This document shows, in pieces, positions 16,601 through 23,193 of a stretch of 25,121 nt of DNA. Each line of letters starts with the position of its first letter. Position 1 is the first letter of the stretch. A program made the position numbers and the translations under genes. The notes beneath the pieces were generated by a model. It did no database searches and was not told the DNA's origin. It saw nothing but the letters and a program-made list of their open reading frames with translations. Source of the stretch: Lamprocystis purpurea (GTDB taxonomy: Bacteria > Pseudomonadota > Gammaproteobacteria > Chromatiales > Chromatiaceae). The stretch lies in contig DYRB01000001.1 of assembly GCA_020718945.1 (NCBI GenBank), positions 1-25,121 on the forward strand. The letters are read 5' to 3'.

Positions 16601-18719
16601 GGACTATCCCTGCGGCGTGGATGCCGAGCACGCCACCGCGGTGGACCCCAGTGGGCGCTATGTGGCCATGGCCCACGGCTACCCAAATGAATCCGCGCCC
16701 CAACCCGGGTCCCAGGCGGCGGGGCCGCTGCCGACCGGCGCTGCCCCGGGGCCTGGGCCAGGGCGGCACGGGGTCTGCGTCCTGGACCTGGAGCGACCCG
16801 GGACCGTCCTGCTCGACCTGCCCCTGCACCAGGCCCCGATCCTGGGCCTGGACTTCGCCCCGGACGGCCGGCGCCTGGTCACCGCCTCCGCCGACGGCAC
16901 AGCCCGGGTCCTGGACCTGGCCCAGGGCGCCGAGGTGCTGAGCCTGCCCCCGGAGGGCAGGCTGCGCCGGCCCATCCACCGCGCCGTCTTCGACCCCTCC
17001 GGGTCGGGGCGCATCGCGCTCGCCGGGGGGGACGGCCAGGTACGGGTCTACGACGGCGAGGGCAAGCCCCTGGCCGCCCTCCAAGACGTCCGCAATGGGC
17101 CCACGACCGTGCGCCTGCACGCCAGCGCCGTGCTCGACCTGGCCTTTGCCCGGGACGGGCGCTACCTGGTGGCCGGCGACGACGACGGTCAGGTGGTGCG
17201 CTGGGACCCGCTCCACCCGGACACCGCCCAGATCCTCGGCCAGCACGACCTGGCCGTGGACCAGGTGCGCCTGGCCCCGCCCCACGGCGAGCCCGACGCC
17301 GAGCCCCTGGTCCTCACCGCCTCCCAGGACGGTACCGCCCGGCTCTGGGGGCTCTACACAGGCCGGGCCATCGCCGCCTTCAGCCAGGACGCGGCGGTCA
17401 CCGACGCCCGCTTCAGCACCGACGGGTCCCGGGTCCTCACCGCCTCCGACCTGGACGGGTCGGCGCGGGTCTGGAGCGTCCACCGGTTACCGCGCATCGC
17501 CCAGACCCTGGCCCTGCCTGACCATGCTGGGCCGGTGGCGGTTGATCCCAGCGACGCCGGGGCCAGCCTCAATTTCGCCGTGGGTGGCTACACCGGCGGC
17601 CTGGAGGTCTGGCGCCTGCCGGGCCGCGATCCGGGCGCGGAGCCCCAACGGCTGTGGCTCCTGGAAGGCCACCGGGGCCGGGTGCGGCGCCTCGCCTTCG
17701 CCCCCTCAGGGCGCTGGCTGGCCAGCGCCGCGGCGGACGGCACGGCGCGGGTCTGGGACATCCAGACCGGTACCGGCTGCACCATGGACGTCGGGGATGC
17801 CAAGGAGGTCGGCCGGGTCCTGTTCGGGCCCGACGAGGACTGGCTCCTGACCGCCTCCGACGACCCCCGCCAGCCGGTGCGCCTCTGGTCCTGGGACGGG
17901 ACCCATTGCCTCCCCCTGGACGGCGGGCCCGGGTTCGCCCCCGCCAGGGCCCAGACCGGGGCCCGGGTACAGGCGGCCGCGGTGATTCGTGCCCGGGACG
18001 GGGCGACCCTGGCCGCCACCGGCGACGACGCCGGGCGGCTGCGGGTCCTGCGCCGCGCCCCGAATGGCACCTGGCAACAGGTGTGCGACCTCGCCGCCCA
18101 CCGCGGCCCTGTCCTGGACCTGACCCTGGACCCGGACGGTACCCGGCTGGCCAGCGGCGGGGATGACGGCGGCGTCGTCCTGACGCGCATCGGACCCGAG
18201 GGCTGTAGCCCCCAGGCGGGGCTCGATGGCCATACCGCCGCGGTGCAGTCGGTGCGCTTCGCCCCAGACGGCTCCAGCCTGGTCAGCGCCAGTCAGGACG
18301 GCAGCGCCCGGGTCTGGGGCCCCGACGGGACGCCACTCGCGACCCTGGCCGGGCACCGGGCCCGGGTCGGCCAGGCGGAATACAGCCCCGACGGGCACTG
18401 GATCCTCACCGGCTCCCGGGACGGCGACCTGCGCCTGTGGCGGACCCCGGACCGGCCCCAGGGGCGGGTGGAGGCGTCCTTCCTCACCCTCCCCGCCGGG
18501 CGGCGCGGGGTCACCGGGGTGGCCTTCAGCCCAGACGGCAACCGGGTCCTGGCCGGCTACTGGCGCAATGCCGCCCAGCTCTGGCGCCTGTGGGACCCGG
18601 GCCAGCCCCCCGCCGACCTGGTCGCCACCTGGGGCCCCCAGCGCGCCCGCCTGGCCCTGGTGCAGGAGGCCGAGCGCTATCGCCGGGACAATCGGCTCGA
18701 CTTGCGGGCCGGGCGCTAG
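13689..18719 (+). CDS. NLR-like STAND protein: DUF4062 (TIR-like) + nSTAND1-type NTPase + TM helix + WD40 repeats
   Basis: 1676 aa from ATG 13689. RIFVSSPSDL..ER, CDIVVVVLWTRLGT and GTQWEF mark DUF4062. FTGRE and Walker A GPSGCGKT (14406-14429), hydrophobic helix at about 16070-16140, then about 16 WD40-like repeats counted by eye. Confidence 0.88.
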   Translation: MHDAKVRIFVSSPSDLDHERALLKEICARLRQEYLSYFEVQPVLWEEEALTADRNFQDGILRPADCDIVVVVLWTRLGTPLPEEPYQGMTGTQWEFVNAVEASARSGQPEVLVYKKTKPKLVDITNAEATREALEDRRRLEDFFQANFFNPDLSFRRAFRTFDSDAGFRDLVEGQLRKLLNRRISAEKRAISGVGDWRGSPFRPDGPYDLGDGRIFTGRESEARDLLARLPGRRFLLVSGPSGCGKTSLVRAGVLPRLARPFLVEGVAGCRIALVDPGSSAGADPIAALAEGLCSRNALGQTLAGFGLDQAALAGVLARDPGAAAAQVAAALDVLGREQRGRTGVAEGELRLALVLDPLDDLLAGPPGPPGPQPGPADAVPDGDAGLDPGPGPDASALSVSVLIAAVTALAATGRVWVIGVLGNARLGHLHPLLPLLAAPAPGTEPGPAGALDGQAWYRLPPPAAARVRQVVEIPSRVAGIEVEGYAPGTDLSLVDLLEAEAGPLAHWPPLLEATLERIYRIGLARAAGAAPSLVAADYRTAGGIAGVVLARAEAVWAGLDPAVQAALPRLCRALIALDGARPGLRAGELTLLEADPACRALVAALAAARLVVLDGERDPLSRSPCPPADYSLAGYLRGALKATGAQWRARLNPARALRELTAEAPGADPGPAVQVQGQAQAQGGEAVEDWSDWADWRPRAVFAHPVLLTRWAPVRDWLADPSHRETLRLRHHVARRALLWRRTDCNREHLLGEAGFAAARRLGRDLAGEIEPLEAAYLAESERHLRFERQRNQALRALGVTLVVLLALATTAAFWALDASRQARVALHRSLLDAAGNDMARGNSPQALMRALAAAPLLPQEATDTLSRALTGNRLIAMAQGGPEAAPGPDHPVISPAFSDDGERLITADHGNGVDVWRLRDARLDLEAHLGGDGLDLRVLAFAGRGDQARPLAGGPGGVWRLPAAPGAAPDYPCGVDAEHATAVDPSGRYVAMAHGYPNESAPQPGSQAAGPLPTGAAPGPGPGRHGVCVLDLERPGTVLLDLPLHQAPILGLDFAPDGRRLVTASADGTARVLDLAQGAEVLSLPPEGRLRRPIHRAVFDPSGSGRIALAGGDGQVRVYDGEGKPLAALQDVRNGPTTVRLHASAVLDLAFARDGRYLVAGDDDGQVVRWDPLHPDTAQILGQHDLAVDQVRLAPPHGEPDAEPLVLTASQDGTARLWGLYTGRAIAAFSQDAAVTDARFSTDGSRVLTASDLDGSARVWSVHRLPRIAQTLALPDHAGPVAVDPSDAGASLNFAVGGYTGGLEVWRLPGRDPGAEPQRLWLLEGHRGRVRRLAFAPSGRWLASAAADGTARVWDIQTGTGCTMDVGDAKEVGRVLFGPDEDWLLTASDDPRQPVRLWSWDGTHCLPLDGGPGFAPARAQTGARVQAAAVIRARDGATLAATGDDAGRLRVLRRAPNGTWQQVCDLAAHRGPVLDLTLDPDGTRLASGGDDGGVVLTRIGPEGCSPQAGLDGHTAAVQSVRFAPDGSSLVSASQDGSARVWGPDGTPLATLAGHRARVGQAEYSPDGHWILTGSRDGDLRLWRTPDRPQGRVEASFLTLPAGRRGVTGVAFSPDGNRVLAGYWRNAAQLWRLWDPGQPPADLVATWGPQRARLALVQEAERYRRDNRLDLRAGR

Positions 18720-18800
18720 CACGGCCGCGCCAAATTGCCGGCAGCATCGACCTATACCCGGCGTGTTCCGCACGGCACCGATGCCAGGGGCACGGCCCCC

Positions 18801-18853
18801 TGGGAGCGCCGGCATCTTGCCGGCAACCGGGTCCCCCGGCGTCTCGCCGGGGG
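18801..18853. repeat. REP-like palindromic arm plus GC hairpin
   Basis: TGGGAGCGCCGGCATCTTGCCGGC (18801-18824; internal GCCGGCA/TGCCGGC stem), then a perfect 9-bp hairpin CCCCCGGCG-tct-CGCCGGGGG (18833-18853) downstream of the STAND gene. Confidence 0.5.
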
Positions 18854-19009
18854 TATGACGCTGGCCTCGCCAAGCCGCGGCTCACCCGGCTCGTACAAAC
18901 CAACCAGGGCGCCGCCGTGGGTTGGCCTGTGGCGCCCCTGCGGGGCCGATGGCGGAAGCCGCAGGCCCGGCGGACATGGCCTGAGACCAACAGCCTGCGC
19001 AAGGCTGCG

Positions 19010-19069
19010 TTGACAATGGCCGCGCCTCGTCCCAACATTCGTATATCTCTTGTGTATGCGCGAAAGGAG
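19010..19069 (+). promoter_or_regulatory. Promoter, candidate operator and RBS of the DUF1778/GNAT operon
   Basis: TTGACA (19010-19015), 17 nt, CAACAT (19033-19038). Imperfect palindrome CGTATA-N9-TATGCG (19040-19060) and AAGGAG RBS (19064-19069). Confidence 0.5.
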
Positions 19070-19075
19070 CGCCCC

Positions 19076-19348
19076 ATGCGTGACGCCGCCATCAACCTGC
19101 GCGCCCTGCCCGAGCAGCGCGACCTGATTGATCATGCCGCCAGCCTGCTAGGCAAGAACCGTTCGGACTTCATGCTCGAAGCCGCCTGCGACCGTGCGCA
19201 GGCCGTGGTGCTGGATCAGGTCTTTTTCGGCCTGGACGCGGACAAGTTCAGGCAGTTCACCGCCATGCTCGACGCGCCACCCCGCCCCAACCCAGGCATG
19301 GAACGTCTCATGGCCGTGAAGGCACCCTGGAACATGGACGCCCCATGA
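19076..19348 (+). CDS. tacA: DUF1778 ribbon-helix-helix antitoxin (TacA/AtaR type)
   Basis: 90 aa with INLRALPEQRDLIDHAASLLGKNRSDFMLEAAC..A and F..F..MLDAPP..NP. Stop overlaps the toxin start (ATGA). Confidence 0.92.
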   Translation: MRDAAINLRALPEQRDLIDHAASLLGKNRSDFMLEAACDRAQAVVLDQVFFGLDADKFRQFTAMLDAPPRPNPGMERLMAVKAPWNMDAP

Positions 19349-19839
19349 ACTTGCGCCTGGGTGCGCCACAACCACTCGATGCCAGACACCTTCTTGACGG
19401 ATTCGGAAGCGGCGAAGCCAGCCTCGATGAATGGCTCAAGCGCCGGGCCCTGGCCAACCAGCTCAGCGGTGCCAGCCGTACCTTCGTCGTCGCGGATCAG
19501 GATGGCCGAGTCTACGGCTACTACGCCCTGGCGGCCGGGGCCGTCTCCCACCAGATGGCCAGGGGCGGGGTGCGCCGGAACATGCCCGACCCCATCCCGG
19601 TGATGGTCCTGGCGCGCCTGGCCGTGGATCGGTCTGTCCAAGGCATCAAACTCGGGGCCGCACTGCTTCAGGATGCCGTCAATCGGGCCCTGATGGTTTC
19701 GCAGAACGCCGGCGTCCGCGCCCTGCTGGTTCACGCCCTCCACGACCGCGCCAAGGGGTTCTATCAGCACTACGGTTTCCAGGAATCGCCGCAGCATCCG
19801 ATGACGCTGATGCTGCGCCTGAGCAGCGTGAAGGCCTGA
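19345..19839 (+). CDS. tacT: GNAT acetyltransferase toxin (TacT/AtaT type)
   Basis: 164 aa with FGSGEASLDEWLKRRA, GYYAL, RRNMPDPIPVMVLARLAVD, acetyl-CoA loop QGIKLG and FYQHYGF. Confidence 0.93.
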   Translation: MNLRLGAPQPLDARHLLDGFGSGEASLDEWLKRRALANQLSGASRTFVVADQDGRVYGYYALAAGAVSHQMARGGVRRNMPDPIPVMVLARLAVDRSVQGIKLGAALLQDAVNRALMVSQNAGVRALLVHALHDRAKGFYQHYGFQESPQHPMTLMLRLSSVKA

Positions 19840-20132
19840 TCGTGGGCCTCCCAGTCCGTCGCCCAGGCCGTGGCGCAGAGCGGCGCCGGATGCGTAACAC
19901 CACAGATCTGTGTTGCGAGGCTGGTGCGGTGGCGCGAGGGCCTAGGCTGCGGCGCTCGTTGGGGCGGGTCCGGTTTCTCGGTATGATCGAGCGCGGTGCC
20001 GACGGGCGAGGCCCCGCCCGCGGCCTGGCTCGTCGCTCTGATCCACTGAGCCCGTCTTGGCGTGCACCTTGGCCAAGCGATTGGCCCCAAGCTTCCGAAC
20101 CCTGTCACAACCGAACGCGGGCTTCACTCATC

Positions 20133-20564
20133 ATGAACTGGCAGACCCTATCCAGCGCGTCGCCCTATAAGACGGCGGTCGCCATCAAAGAGGAACTGCA
20201 AGAGGGCCGCATCACCGAGGCCAGCAATGGCCTTGAGGAGCTGATCGACGCCTTGTCAAAATCCGAACGACGCGCCTTGAAGGGCCAACTGGTCCGCCTC
20301 ATGCTGCACGTCATCAAATGGCAGACCCAGCCCGAGCGCCGGTCCTTGAGTTGGATCGCCGGCATCGAAGATGCCCGCGACGAAATCGCGGACATCCGTG
20401 AAGAGACTCCCAGCCTGAATGACCAAGCGGTAAAGGATCTCTGGGATAAGGCGTTTGCTATCGCCAGGCGCGACGCCGAGGCGGAGATGGGGCGGGGTGC
20501 GGACATCGCGGCACTGGCGTGGCCGCAGGTCTTTGACGCGACCTATATAATGGAGCGGCGGTAG
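20133..20564 (+). CDS. DUF29-family protein
   Basis: 143 aa. SKSERRALKGQLVRLMLHVIKWQTQPERRSLSWIAGIEDAR matches the DUF29 core pattern. Start is ATG 20133. Confidence 0.85.
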   Translation: MNWQTLSSASPYKTAVAIKEELQEGRITEASNGLEELIDALSKSERRALKGQLVRLMLHVIKWQTQPERRSLSWIAGIEDARDEIADIREETPSLNDQAVKDLWDKAFAIARRDAEAEMGRGADIAALAWPQVFDATYIMERR

Positions 20565-20571
20565 CCTTCTC

Positions 20572-20682
20572 CTGGTTCCCATGCCCCAGCGTGGGACGAA
20601 GTCTCGACGCTCCAGCGTCGCGCCGCCATTCGGGTCGCTGGAGCGGCCAAGACTGCATTCTCACGCAGAGCGTTGGAACGAG
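20572..20682. repeat. Degenerate REPIN-like element (CTCGTTCCCACGCT..GCGTGGGAATGC type)
   Basis: Imperfect ~33-bp inverted arms at 20572-20604 and 20650-20682, each itself a hairpin. They enclose inner hairpins CGACGCT-cc-AGCGTCG (20605-20620) and GGTCGCT-gg-AGCGGCC (20633-20648). Confidence 0.8.
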
Positions 20683-20724
20683 ATGGGACTGCCGAGATAG
20701 TCCATTCACCCTGAGATTCCTATC

Positions 20725-20937
20725 ATGCTGCACACCATCGAGGTTGAGATTGACGCTGAAGGCCAAGTGCACCTGCTGGAGCCGCTCGTTCGGCTGCCGC
20801 CCGGGCGGGCCTTGCTGACCTTGCTTGAAGGGTCGTTAGACGAGCCGGCCCTGTTGGCGGAGGCGGCGTTGGCGGAAGACTGGCTGAGACCCGAGGAGGA
20901 TGAGGCATGGGCGCATTTGCAGCCGGGCAAGTCGTAG
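20725..20937 (+). CDS. Small acidic antitoxin (DUF2281/AF2212-like)
   Basis: 70 aa with acidic C-terminus LAEDWLRPEEDEAWAHL. Overlaps the downstream PemK-like gene by 31 nt. Confidence 0.75.
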   Translation: MLHTIEVEIDAEGQVHLLEPLVRLPPGRALLTLLEGSLDEPALLAEAALAEDWLRPEEDEAWAHLQPGKS

Positions 20938-21248
20938 TCTTGCCTTTTCCATTTTCCGACTTGACCCGAAACAAGTTTCGGCCTGCTCTATTGCTCGCCG
21001 CTGTCGGCCGCGGAGACTGGATAGCCTGCCAGATCACGAGTAACGCCTTCGCCGATGCCCGGGCGATCACCTTAGGCGATGTGGATTTCTCAAGCGGCGG
21101 TTTGCAGCGTCGGAGCTATGCGAGACCGGGCAAGCTCTTCACCGCCAGTGAGGCGCTGTTTTCCCACGTTGCCGGGGATGTACGGGTGGATGTGCTCGGG
21201 AAGGTTCGGGATGCAGTGGTGCGCCTGGTTCGAGGTGACCCGGGGTAA
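20907..21248 (+). CDS. PemK/MazF-family endoribonuclease toxin
   Basis: 113 aa with GQVVVLPFPFSDLT..K.RPALL, QITS and SYARPGKLFT motifs. Confidence 0.9.
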   Translation: MGAFAAGQVVVLPFPFSDLTRNKFRPALLLAAVGRGDWIACQITSNAFADARAITLGDVDFSSGGLQRRSYARPGKLFTASEALFSHVAGDVRVDVLGKVRDAVVRLVRGDPG

Positions 21249-21252
21249 GCGG

Positions 21253-21329
21253 GTAGGGTGCGGTGAGCGGCAGCGAAACGCACCGTTTGCGGTTCGGGTT
21301 GGCGCGGTTCGTTCCTCGCCGCACCCTAA
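21253..21329. repeat. GTAG-type REP doublet (REPIN)
   Basis: GTAGGGTGCGGTGAGCGGCAGCGAAACGCACC (21253-21284) and inverted partner GGCGCGGTTCGTTCCTCGCCGCACCCTA (21301-21328), beginning 4 nt after the toxin stop. Confidence 0.8.
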
Positions 21330-21423
21330 GGAGACGCTGATCTATTGGCCATCCTGACCAAAAGACAGTTCGCGATCCGCAGGCCGGCCTGCGCACCGCG
21401 CTATTTTCAATGCCTTGCCGGCG

Positions 21424-21471
21424 TTAAGAATTGCGGGGCATCCTGCCCCGCGGGAAACGCTGAATTCTTAA
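21424..21471. terminator. Compound stem-loop between convergent genes (possible terminator)
   Basis: Outer stem TTAAGAATT/AATTCTTAA (21424-21432/21463-21471) stacked on inner stem GCGGGGCA-tcc-TGCCCCGC (21433-21451). Lies 18 nt beyond the stop of the minus-strand fusion gene. Confidence 0.45.
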
Positions 21472-21489
21472 GCGCTTCCCTAGCTGGAC

Positions 21490-22515
21490 TTATGGACGGC
21501 CCGCGGTCACTGTGGGACCACCGATACGCGCTAAGAGCTCGGCGGGTGTCTCAATCAGCAGCGCACCGTGCAAATAGCTCATGGAGACCGGTTTTTTGGT
21601 CTTGAATGATCGCATCCCCATCCGGGTGATGGGAGGAACAAGCGCTTGAACGTCGCGCAGCGTGACCGCATGGTGACCATCTGCCTGCAAGCGGACACTC
21701 TCCATGGCACCGACAACAAGGAAGGAGAAGCGAAAACAACCTGCCGCATCGAAAAGGCACGGAAGTGCCTGACCCGCGCCGTGGGCCTTGGCCAGCGCTT
21801 CTTTGACGCTGGCAACGTTCCTTTCCGGGATAGGCACATTGCCCTTGCCATCCTTGACGATGTCGTTGATCTGTCGCTGGGCGCGAATGTCATAGTAAGA
21901 AAATGGTGCAGGGGGTCGCTGGAGTCGAAGTGCTCCCTCCGGCCCGAGAATGGCGTGCAATTCACCCTGGATGCGTTTCTGTTCAACATCTGACAGGCGG
22001 ACCAGAGAATTGCGCGCGGCGCTCCAGGCGTGTGCCGGAAGATCTACGATAGCGGGGGCGTCCCACGCAGCCACCCAGTCCCACACTGCTTCCAGGGTGC
22101 CATCGTACCCGGTGGTGATCGGCACGTTCCCAAAGCCAATGCACCGGGCCTTCGGTGCTGGGCTCTCTGGGGAGATAAGGATCACCCGATCACCTGGCTT
22201 CAGTTCGGCTTCTGCGTCATCAAGGCGAGTGCCACTGCAAGCCCCGCTGAAAAGGGCTTCCCGGATTTCTGCAACAAGCCGCTGCAGTCCTTTCTTGCCA
22301 TGGATGTAGAGATAGGAAGTCACGTCGCCCCCGTTCTGCTGGTAGGGAAGGTTTTTGTCGGCGGTGATGAAGGCGTCGAATTCCCCGGCCGCCGCGGCGA
22401 GTAGCCTGCCGTATTTGTATCCGCGCCAGCCCATGTCGCCCACGGTCTTGACCGAATGCCCGGGCAGATAGGCGCGCAGCCGTCGGGGCAGCGACTCGTC
22501 AAGCAGCAAGCGCAT
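21490..22515 (-). CDS. In-frame fusion: truncated DUF5615 PIN-like N-terminus (61 aa) + ~277-aa unknown region with PUA/EVE-like features
   Basis: Single uninterrupted frame. MRLLLDESLP...FITADKNLPYQQN is DUF5615-like. After GGD, a GTG at 22323 with GGGGG upstream could be an independent start for the downstream 277 aa. Confidence 0.75.
   Translation of the reverse strand: MRLLLDESLPRRLRAYLPGHSVKTVGDMGWRGYKYGRLLAAAAGEFDAFITADKNLPYQQNGGDVTSYLYIHGKKGLQRLVAEIREALFSGACSGTRLDDAEAELKPGDRVILISPESPAPKARCIGFGNVPITTGYDGTLEAVWDWVAAWDAPAIVDLPAHAWSAARNSLVRLSDVEQKRIQGELHAILGPEGALRLQRPPAPFSYYDIRAQRQINDIVKDGKGNVPIPERNVASVKEALAKAHGAGQALPCLFDAAGCFRFSFLVVGAMESVRLQADGHHAVTLRDVQALVPPITRMGMRSFKTKKPVSMSYLHGALLIETPAELLARIGGPTVTAGRP
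22333..22515 (-). pseudogene. Truncated, degenerate DUF5615 PIN toxin segment
   Basis: Only the N-terminal ~61 aa are present. The usual C-terminal strand and helix are missing, and the typical 'KNGELL' reads 'KYGRLL'. Confidence 0.55.
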
Positions 22516-22717
22516 CGACGAACAGCCGCTCGCGCGCCGCCTCCAGCACCGCCACGGCTGCCTCGCGACTGACGGTAGGGAAGTCATCCAAGAACTCGCC
22601 CAGAGACGATTGTCCTTCCAGGTAATCGAATAGGTTTTGCACCGGTACCCGGGTCCCGGTGAAACACAAGGCGCCGCTCATGACCTCGGGATCGCGGCTG
22701 ACGGCTGGCAAAGGCAT
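22499..22717 (-). CDS. DUF433-family antitoxin
   Basis: 72 aa with VSRDPEVMSGALCFTGTRVPVQNLFDYLEG..L.EFLDDFPTVSRE. Overlaps the PIN start by 17 nt, the usual DUF433-DUF5615 arrangement. Confidence 0.93.
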   Translation of the reverse strand: MPLPAVSRDPEVMSGALCFTGTRVPVQNLFDYLEGQSSLGEFLDDFPTVSREAAVAVLEAARERLFVDALAA

Positions 22718-23193
22718 GAAGACCCCCCGGTTGCACTGTCACTCGGTTTCGCGGGGCGGGGTTGAGCAGCCCTCGCCCCTGATCGGTGCCCCGATACTGG
22801 CTTGGGCCCCGGAAGCCTAGGCGCCCCGGCAATCGGTTGCAAGCCAGTTGTGGGCCAACGGCGGATGCGACCCTGGCGCACGCAGGGCCGGCTCAGTCCG
22901 CACCCGGTGCAGCCGCCTTCGCCAGCGACGCAGGACGCCGCCCGAGCACCCGTCTAATCCACAGGCAGCCGGAATGGGTCTTGCCTGGGGATTTCCGTAT
23001 ACTGATGCGCGATCCGGCTCCAGCCCGTCCGCCGTGCCTCCCGTCGAGCGCCGGGTCATCTGCCCCTGTGGTGCCGGCACCGCCACCCCGCAGTCGAATA
23101 TTCCCACCCAATGAGTGACTTGCAACGCAAGAACGGCTCGCCCCGAGGTCTCTCCGCAGGTCTCTCGGTGCGTAGACCCTCAGGATGTCCGCA

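Noticed and set aside
13869-17483. 1204-aa minus-strand ORF, and similar long antisense ORFs (11528..13627 +, 7521..9065 -, 23056..24627 -, the 4634-5629 extension of the ldt frame)
   Set aside because: They are antisense shadows of well-supported genes, expected in very GC-rich DNA with few stop codons, and contain no recognisable motifs.
18735-19013. 92-aa ORF between the STAND gene and tacA
   Set aside because: It has no RBS or motif, has shadow-like composition, and runs through REP-like hairpins and the tacA promoter.
19076-22717. Integron cassette array explaining the TA cluster
   Set aside because: No RYYYAAC...GTTRRRY attC pairs were found at gene ends, gene orientation is mixed, and no intI is in the window.
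22753-22830. G-quadruplex from repeated GGGG runs on the minus strand
   Set aside because: The loops are long (9-14 nt), and such runs are expected by chance at this GC content.
22790-22860. SAM-I riboswitch upstream of the SLC13 permease (GGCCC..GAAGCC..CGGCAA..GCCAA fragments)
   Set aside because: The P1 ATC/GAT pairing and the conserved AGA/GAGGGA core could not be found, and it lies over 300 nt from the start codon. An Rfam scan would settle it.
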